Source: Cercozoa sp. M6MM (taxonomy: Eukaryota; Protista; Endomyxa: Ascetosporea). Taken from it: DNA of 64,000 nucleotides. Positions 55,401 to 64,000 of this stretch are shown piece after piece; position 1 is the stretch's first letter; every line of letters begins with the position of its first letter. The notes under the pieces are model-generated. The model saw nothing but the letters and a program-made list of their open reading frames with translations, was not told the origin of the DNA and made no database searches. The stretch is taken from assembly GCA_040357565.1 (NCBI GenBank), contig JBDODJ010000031.1; one strand, given 5' to 3'. The position numbers and the translations under genes were made by a program.

Positions 55401-56422
55401 CAGTGTCGTAAAGTCGCCCAGTGACGCCGACACTGACGCGAAGAAACCCAGTGAAAACCTGCGGAGCGCCTTTTTCTCCTCGTCTAAGAGTGCGCACATC
55501 AAGAGCATACACAGATACCCCGTAGATCTGTGTTTGCGAGGTGTACCACTGGAAAGTGGCACGAGGCAAGACACTGCCATCGTTGACAGCAGCGAGCGCA
55601 CTTGCGCACACGCCATAGGAGAAGCACAGGTCGACAGTGGCAAGGTGCTGCGTCAGGAGAGAGTGTATGGAGGCCGCGGTGGGTGCAGGGAAGAGATACC
55701 ACATAGAGGGCAGTGCCTGCACTGCACGCCCGGTGAGGACGCCCTTGGCCACGTCGCGGAACGAAGGTCGGCGCGATCGCGAACGGCCCGACGCTTCCGG
55801 TGACCGCAGAAGATCGACGGTGACGGTGCATACGATGCGAAGAATGCGTGCGCACACTTTAGCGACACCAATGGTCGCACCCGACACCGAGGTAGGCAGG
55901 GCGGAAACAGACTCCTGTTCCAGGTCACTCACAGTGTCGGCGGCATCAGCACTCACAGCGTCTGTGCTTACAGTGCTGGCACCATTAGCACATGGTGTCG
56001 TCATCGACACGCGCAGTTGAAATACACGTGACAGACACGTGCGTCGCAGCGTGAGCCACAGCAGGACGGGGGTTTCGTCGTCGCTGGACGCGGTCACCAA
56101 GGCCACGTGCCAGATGACGGTGCGATCACACGCCGACCGCACGTCGTGCAGACTGCTGGCACGATGCATGGCACCGTGGAGTGCGGCACCGATGGTGTCG
56201 TTCACCTCGTGGTCTTCTTCCTCTTCTTCGTCCTGCGAGGAACACTCGGCCAGAATGGCGTGACTGAACTCTTGCGGCCTATCCTGCGTCAGTTCTCGCA
56301 CAATGGCACGCCACAACTCACGGAACACGCGGTCGTTGAACTCTGCTTCCACGCGCGTCGTATTCTATACAGACAGGGTCAGCAGGCAGGGAGAGAAACG
56401 TGTGTGTGCATGTATGTGTGTG

Positions 56423-56468
<46 letters not shown>

Positions 56469-56568
56469 NNNNNNNNNNNNNNNNNNNNNNNNNNNNNNNN
56501 NNNNNNNNNNNNNNNNNNNNNNNNNNNNNNNNNNNNNNNNNNNNNNNNNNNNNNNNNNNNNNNNNNNN

Positions 56569-56614
<46 letters not shown>

Positions 56615-57989
56615 TACACTGAGGTACTGCGGTCGGAATTCAATGACAGCAATGTCGCGTTTGAGCCACTGTTCATCCGCTGTCTCTGTGGGTGTGGGTG
56701 ACTAGAGAGACCACCAAGATACGTACGAAGCCACAAGTACCTTCACGCGGCCGCATCATCAAATCGGCGAAGCGTTTGAGAAAGTGGCGCTGCACAGCGC
56801 TCTTTCGTTCGTTCGACAGTGACGACGATTCCTGTACGCAGAGATACATGAACCCTAATCAAGTGGAACAGGTCAAGGAGTATCTTATGTGCACCTGCGA
56901 GAAGAGCGTACGGATGCCCGAGAGAAAGAAAGCCGCGCGTGACAGTGGTGCAAACAAGAGACGCAAATTCTGCGACTCGTTTGGGTTCCACAGGCATTGC
57001 TGGACGGCGTCTTGGTGCTGTGGAAGGGAGTGACAACGAAAGGGTGGAAGATGAGAGAGGTGGGACAAGGTACCACAACAGAGGCCGCCACGTGAAGCAG
57101 GTGCACAAAGTTCTGCGACACCTGAAACGACGCGCTGTGGTCAAGTAGGTGCGCACCCTCCTCTAAGGTGCCTTTGGCCAGGTGCCTAAGTGCTACACGT
57201 GCACACATATTGACAATTGTCTTTCTCACCTGATTCACATGGTAGGATTGCAGTATACGTCGTTCTCCCATGCGAGCCACGCGTCGCGACAGTTTCGTCA
57301 AGAACTTGCCTGCCGAGTAGACCCCACTGGATAGAGACAAAAAAGTGGTATCGCTCACAGAGGAATCGCAGATACGGAAGAGAGAGGCTGACGACTTAGA
57401 CAGCAAGGCGACGAGGGACACGAAGCACGTGGTCTCATGTGCGACTGCGCGGTACTCCAGCGTCACTCCTTGCAGTGGCAGCAGCACCGAGATCTGTATC
57501 ATTAGATGAAGGTAAGTGCAGCAGGTTAGAAAGGGCAGAAGGCGTACACAATGCATGGCGTCTTCCTGTTTGCGTACGGTACTCCGACAGAAGCGGAACG
57601 CTTGGGCAACGCGCTGGAACAGGAGGTCTTGCAGACCGCTGAATCCTTCCTGTTCGCAGCACAGCGTTTACCTCACCTACCCTCCAGAAAAGGCAGCCTA
57701 TGTACCCTGGGTAGCTGTAGGCGGTACTGCTGCAGCACGACCGTGCTCTCGTTTGTGTAGCTGCGAAAGTTGGCGGCGTACTCGGGCGGCCACAGAGGCC
57801 GCGAGTAGCTGCAGAAACACAAGCCTTATCCGGGTCTTTTAATTCTGTTAAGGGAGTGATATACAAATCTCGGTCACGCCAGTGGTCACCGCGGTCGCAC
57901 ATGTTCATCATGAGAGCGCTCATGTTGTCGGCTATGTCGTTCCTGTCACACACACGCGTAACCTTACCCCTTCCCCCTGCGTAGCGCAC

Positions 57990-58037
<48 letters not shown>

Positions 58038-58047
58038 NNNNNNNNNN

Positions 58048-58096
<49 letters not shown>

Positions 58097-59524
58097 TGTG
58101 TACATGTACTGCGTGGCACGCACGTGCGACCGGAGTGCGCAGGCGTCGATGAGCATGCCTCGTGTGAGCGATGCGAACGGCGTCCACTGGCGACGGTGCG
58201 ACAGCGGAGTGGAAGCGACCACGTGGCACACTGTGTCATCTTCGGTGAGACACGTGGCCACATTGTACGTGTCACTGTCCTCGCGAATGTCTCTGCAACG
58301 AAACCTAGTACGAAGGAGAAGAACAGAAGTGTGCGCCTACCGAGAGGGCAGCAGCACCAGCACAGGCGCGCTGTGTCTACACATGCCGCGTAGTACTGTG
58401 CGACCGGCGGCGACCATGCCTCGCAGCAAATCAACCGTGCCTTCAGTGGACTCATTTGCCTCTTGACTCGTCTGTCGTCGTCGCCGACGCAGCAAGCACA
58501 GCAGTTCTGCCTTTTTCTCCGCTAACACCTAGAAGGGGAATGAGTTGAAGTAAAGAGTAGGCTAAAGGTTAGGGTAGGCTTAGGGGTAGGGGTAAGTAGG
58601 GTAGAGTAGGGCAGGGCAGGGTAGGGTAGGGTAGGGTAGGGTAGGGTAGGGTAGGGGTAGGGTAGGGTAGGGGTAGGGTAGGGGTATGGGTAAGGCAGGG
58701 AAAAGGGTACGGGTTCCCAGTCGTCGCACTGCACGTCAAAGACCAAAGGAAGTGTCACGACGCCAGCTTCGTGCATCGCCTTGATATGTCTCGTTGCACA
58801 GTAACCCGTGCTGTCACCAGACACGTCTGTGCCGTCGGAATCCTCGCTCGCATAGCACGGCAGCAGCGCCGTCACCGACACAGAAACTTGCGTTGCAGCC
58901 GGCAGAGGCACTCCGTCTGGCAGTTGTTGCAGCCGCAGCACCTTGAGTCTACCCGATACGTGTGACACAAAGCTCCAGATTGCTATGACACAAACGTACA
59001 AGTCACTGATGGCATCGAACATGGTGTCAAAGTGCGACACTGTTTCTTTCTCCGAGTTCTTCTGCAGTCAGTTCGAGGTGAGGAGGGTGGAATCAATAGG
59101 ATACGCAAAGCACAAGAGTAGGTACGTAGAGAAAGTCGGTGCCGCAGGTGGCGTCGAGCACAAAAGCCACGCGGAGCGAGCGAAACAGAAAGGCGAACCG
59201 CGTGTCAGGACCTATCGTGATCTGTCCGTGCGGACACTCGATACTGCTGAGTGCAGAATCGCTCAGTCGGTCCTGTTTCAGAACAGCAGCAACCAGCCGC
59301 ATGCCGTCTTCGTGCTCATCTGTCCCCTGCGATGACGTGCTGCTGCTTATGCGCACCTGGGTTCCTTCCAGTTGTCGCACACGGAATGCAATGCGCTGAG
59401 CAAAGTTCCACTTTGCAAAGTCGTCGCACTACAGAACAGATGAGTGTGTACAGTACAACAGGAGATACAAGCTAAATTGAACATATCAAGGTACAAAGGC
59501 AAAAAGATGTGTCGCCACAGACAT
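44283..59524 (-). CDS. Very large multi-exon protein, SZT2 (KICSTOR subunit)-like
   Basis: N-terminus MSVATHLFAF|CDDFAKWNFAQRIAF...IGPDTRFAFLFRSLRVAFVLDAT...SHFDTMFDAI and ISVLLPLQGVTLEYRA resemble the SZT2 N-terminal blocks. Minus-strand exon/intron pattern is continuous over ~15 kb; could be more than one gene. Confidence 0.55.
58556..58700. repeat. Degenerate (TAGGG)n tract in an intron of the SZT2-like gene (C-rich on the sense strand)
   Basis: Directly visible. Confidence 0.9.
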
Positions 59525-59908
59525 TCTTGGCGTCAAACGCCAATTAAGGCGACTTTCCTGCGCCCAATACTCTTGGGGTCACTATAGCGCACAGCAGATT
59601 GCCACAACAACGGCGATAGCAAGTCAACAGTGCGCCCTTAAGAAACATTGGAGTCGTGCTCGTGCAGTTTGTTCAAGAAGAGGTCGTGTTAATTGTACAG
59701 AAAGAATATCGATGCACAAATCATACACAATACTGACATAGGCGACTATACAGCGTTTTAGTCAGCACATAGCCCGATTGATGCAAAGCACGTACGCGTT
59801 GTTCGGCTCATACAAAGCACGCCTCATTTTAATCCTTACGGAGTGACCCCTTCTCTTGGCGGTGGAGGACACGTTCGACCACGCATATGCCCAACACTCT
59901 GCTTGCAG

Positions 59909-60220
59909 CGCAGGCTACGCGTGCGTCATATCGTGGAAAGCGGGGCCTTGGAGGTGCTCCTTGATTTTGCATCTGCTGTTCAACCTAATGGTACAACTCC
60001 TGTTGCTCAGGCACTATCGAAACTGATGAACGTGCCGAACGAGGCGCTGTTGGAGCAAATCATCTGGGCACTCGGCAACATCGCTGGCGACGTACATCAT
60101 TTACACCTTGTTCTACCGCACTCATACCCCCCCCCCCCCGTTTTTGCAGTGCGCTGAGATGCGAGACATTGTGTTTTCCAACAAGGAGGTACTCGCATAT
60201 GTGCCTATCTTTGTGTTCTG

Positions 60221-60270
<50 letters not shown>

Positions 60271-60890
60271 NNNNNNNNNNTGTGTGTGTGTGTGTATGTA
60301 GGTCGTCGACGGTGTGACTTATGTGCTGGCGCATGCAGACAGCTTTTTGTTCAACACTGTGCGCACCGCGGCATGGTATCCGCGTCGCTGGCCGTCTATA
60401 CTATGGGTCTATATACCCTGTGCTGTTGTGAAGGTGCGCGAGCAACCTGACACGCGCAAAACCGCTGCCGGACCTCCGCCGTTTTGAGTCACTGTTGCGA
60501 CATGTCATTCGAGTGTACTTTGTCTTTCAAACCGGCCTATTGTGTCCCTCCATTTGAGTGAATGCGTACAGGTGGGCGAACTGGCCAGCAGAACGCACGC
60601 ATGGCGCTCGTTCGCGCAGTGACTCCTCGCCCTCTGGTATTCCTTGCTTTCTGCATCTGTGTCTGTATCTGTGTCTGTGTCTGTATCTGTGTCTGTGTCA
60701 ACCTTTCTTTTGCGCCTAGGTCCAGATGCGAGTGCGTCTGCTGATGAGGTGATTTGTTGACCCAGCATACGCCTATCTTTGATGTGGTGGAGTTTTCGTT
60801 TGTTCAGGTTCAAGCCGACTTGTGCTGGACGCTGTCCTACCCTTTGGACGGACCGAACGAGGACATTGACCTCATTCTGCGCTGGGCTTC
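59909..60890 (+). pseudogene. Importin-alpha-like fragment (central ARM repeats only)
   Basis: IVESGAL, EQIIWALGNIAGD, SNLTRAKPLP and ADLCWTLSYPLDGPNEDI are present; no IBB domain or distal ARM repeats found. Confidence 0.6.
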
Positions 60891-61343
60891 CGAACTTGGG
60901 TACAGTAACCTATTGTACAGTAACCTCTCGCCTAGCGATTGTGAGCTTGGTATTATAGTAAAATCGTTGGGTGAGGACGTCGAAGTATCTACTTTCGCGA
61001 CAGTACTGGCGTGGGAACTCAGTGGCTCTCAGGCTGGGATTATACTGAAACTTCACGAGATTGTGTGCCTACAACAGGAGCTTTCGGACATAAATTCGAT
61101 ACCCGTCAGTTTCGTCTGTCTCGGGTCGAGATTTGTGGCTTTTGATTTGCACCGGGAAGCGCACTGTCTGTACCGAAAGGGAAAGGCACGTGCTGTGAGG
61201 GTCCGATCGTTGAGTTCTCGGACTGACTGAAAGGCTGGAAATTCGACTACTCGACGTCAAAGTGTTGCTGCGAATCGAAGCGCTCTTGCACGTTGACGCA
61301 GAACGACAACTACCGCTGAAGTTCGCAATCAAACCTCACAAAA

Positions 61344-62776
61344 ATGAGTGACGCACCAATTGTGCTTGACAACGGGAGCGGCTTTATCAAAGCCGGTTTC
61401 GCCGGGGATGACGCACCGCGTGCTGTGTTTCAAGCCGTTGTGGGAAGACCTCGATTCGAGAGTATTGATTGGCGCTTTTCACAGCACCTAGGGTGCGATA
61501 TCCAACTATGACATGTGTGTGAGCAGCTGTCATGGTGGGCGTGCAGGACTCGGACGTGTTCGTCGGTGACGACGCAATCGCTCGTCGTGGATTGCTGCAC
61601 CTTGAGCATGCTACAACGCGCGGATCTGTCAACAACTGGGAAGATCTGGAGCGTCTCTGGCATGCATGCTTCTTTGACGAGCTGCAGTGTGAACCTGAAA
61701 GCCAACCGCTGCTTCTCACCGAGGCAGTTCATGTCGCTGCGCGCGAGAAGGCGCACAAGGCTGAGATAATGTTTGAAAAGTTCAATGTGAGTTATGTATG
61801 CGCTCTGGTTTCGTTTTTTCTTGGTGCAAAACGATGTTACTTTGGTTTTGGTAGGTTCCGGCTCTCAACATCAGCTTGGGGTCAGTGCTATCTCTGTACG
61901 CAAGTGGACGAACAACAGGCCTCGTGTTGGACTGCGGCGACTCGTGCACACAGTGCATTCCTGTGTTTGAAGGTTTCACTGTGCGCACTGGCATCAAGCG
62001 TCTCGACGTGGGTGGACGAGACATCACTCATGCGCTCGCAGCGCTCATTCGAGGTTCTTCACCAACCTCTCCGTTGGGCGCAAGCACAGGCGACATGGAC
62101 ATTGTACGAGAGGCAAAAGAATCCCTCTGCTGTATCGCGAGTCTCCGCCAGATCGCCGGCATGCGCCACACGAAGCGCAAGCGAGCTAGCCCGTCTGTCT
62201 CCGGCGGCAGCTCTCCTATCTCGGGCCACAGGTATTTCTCTCTTTGTCTTGGTGCCTCTCTTCCTCACACAAATTGTGTCCGTGAAAAGTGTGCCCGAGG
62301 GAGTGCCGGGCGCACCGAGCTCGGCGCACTCGGGTACGGCGTCGATCGGCAAGAAGGAGTTTGAGCTGCCAGATGGCTCGCGTCTCACTCTGCGAGATGA
62401 GCGCTGGCGAGCGTGCGAGCTCTTGTTCAACCCGACGCAAGTAGGACAGGATGCCTACGGAGTGAACGATCTGCTGAGCAGTGCACTTTCGGTGTGTCCA
62501 CTCGACGAACGGCGCGAGCTACTCCAGAACGTGATACTCACTGGCGGCACGACCTTGCTCGACGGATTCGCTGAGCGGCTCCACTCCGAGCTGCACACTG
62601 GTCTTGGAGTCTCCCCAGATGCTATCAAGGTCGTCGCGCCACCGGAGCGCAAGTACTCTGTCTGGATCGGAGGCAGCATCCTCGCTTCGCTCAGTAGTTT
62701 CGCAGAACAGTGGTGCTCGCGGGAGGACTGGCAAGAACAAGGCGACAGCGCACTAGCTCGCTCTTCTTTCGTTTAG
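61344..62776 (+). CDS. Divergent actin / actin-related protein, 4 exons
   Basis: [86 protein letters not shown]. Confidence 0.92.
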
Positions 62777-62842
62777 AATTCACCATTAGAAACCCCAGTT
62801 AGTCTGTGTGTCAGTGTGTAAAATAATGATGCTTAGCATTTG

Positions 62843-63622
62843 TTTTTTGTCTGGGAATTTGAGAAATAAATTCGGATATTTGTCTTTTTGTCGAGGAGCT
62901 ATTTTGGCATCGGCTCCGAATACTGCTGTTGCTGTTCGGTATCTTCTGGTGTCGCATTTGGTTTTTAAAGCAAGCTCGCTGTTACCAACGCCGCTCTGTG
63001 TTCCAAGCGTCACTCACCTGCAAGTGCCACTGGCTAGTCTCGCTGCTGGAACGCCTTGTTTAAACGACTTGCCCATATGCTGAAGCGCGTCGTTGGCCCA
63101 GGGAAGCGTATCCAAAACGTGCCACAGCAGAACATGTTTGCATCATCACATTGCTGAGTGGTGTTGCACTGCAACGCGGTTCACTGTCCTACGAAACTCT
63201 GCACGTGCGTCTGAGTTTTTTTGTGCTGTGTCGGTTTCTGTGGTCTGGATTTGCTGTCGTTTTGCGAGAGGGCACCTGCAGCGTGTTTCTGCAGAAATGG
63301 GAGGCAGTGAAGCAGGTACTGGAGGTGCAGTTGAACTCGCCGTTGGCAAGATACTTAATAATGCTAAACTCCATGGCAACCGCCGAGGCCCGTGGTATCT
63401 GCTGCATACCTATGCCAGACCGCAGCCAGTTCTATGAGCTACGGCGACGTCTTCGGTGATACCGGGGCGACACATCACGGTACCGTTCCTTTGTAATGTT
63501 CCCAGATTGTAAGACCTTTTCGTTTACTTCTTTGCATAATTGATCGCTAGTTTAAAGGAGTAATATTTTTGCATAATTACGGCGTAATTACGCTACCCTG
63601 GTTCTCGGGGCACTTAGGACAC
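62843..63622. mobile_element. Putative degenerate DNA transposon copy (subterminal block to right TIR-like end)
   Basis: Shares two blocks with 23335-23633, one direct and one inverted. The right end reads CAGGGTAGCGTAATTACGCCG on the minus strand. Confidence 0.55.
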
Positions 63623-64000
63623 ATATGCGCCGCCCCAGCCAAACTCTCCACTTGACAATGTTCCCGACGTTACGTTAGTCTCCAGAAGTAAACTGAACTG
63701 AACGAAAGCTGCAAAGGCATTACCATTAGGTTGGGTTCTGGGGCGTTGAAGCCCACTTTTAAATACGCGTGCTAACTATCATCAGTGCATGAGCATATAA
63801 GATTAGTGCATAACTGAGTGCGTGGAAGTTCCGCTAATCCCGTAAACTCGAAGAAAATTGTTATACAATCCTCTTATTTTGTTGCGTTGGAGCGCCGGAT
63901 TCGCATCACCGCGCTTTGATAATGGCAATCTCTGCTGCCTGTTTCGTTGTAAAGAAAGTTGCGCTGCAGTGCTGACATCAATAGAGCACCCTGGCTTTGG

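Noticed and set aside
61532-62776. Frameshifted actin pseudogene
   Set aside because: The frame changes are fully explained by canonical introns.

Overview
This is an intron-rich, gene-dense nuclear locus from a unicellular eukaryote (probably a ciliated/flagellated protist). It uses the standard genetic code and GT-AG introns, mostly 50-110 nt, and has many CA/TG microsatellites and several N-gaps. The supplied ORF track is largely uninformative because most genes are split, so I rebuilt about 20 genes by manual splicing. They encode: a DOMON-cytochrome b561 protein, a CABLES-like cyclin, a catalytically dead Ubc12-like E2, RPL27, an SLC38/AVT transporter, a stand-alone secreted I9 inhibitor, WDR35/IFT121, a brevin R-SNARE, MSS1/GTPBP3, LSM1, a CCDC191/Sfi1-like protein, a TM-ZZ-A-T-R carboxylic-acid-reductase-like enzyme, RSPH9, DDX54, eRF3, a ~15 kb SZT2-like protein, an importin-alpha fragment and a divergent actin. 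The most notable observations are four. (1) A complete RNase MRP RNA lies in sense orientation inside eRF3 intron 1 and overlaps the best branch-point candidate. (2) A second, unidentified ~220-nt structured RNA lies in the long intron of RPL27. (3) The NRPS-like reductase appears fused to a membrane segment and a ZZ zinc finger. (4) An interstitial telomere-like G4 array sits beside a small dispersed repeat family. All calls come from visual motif recognition; no searches or folding programs were run.
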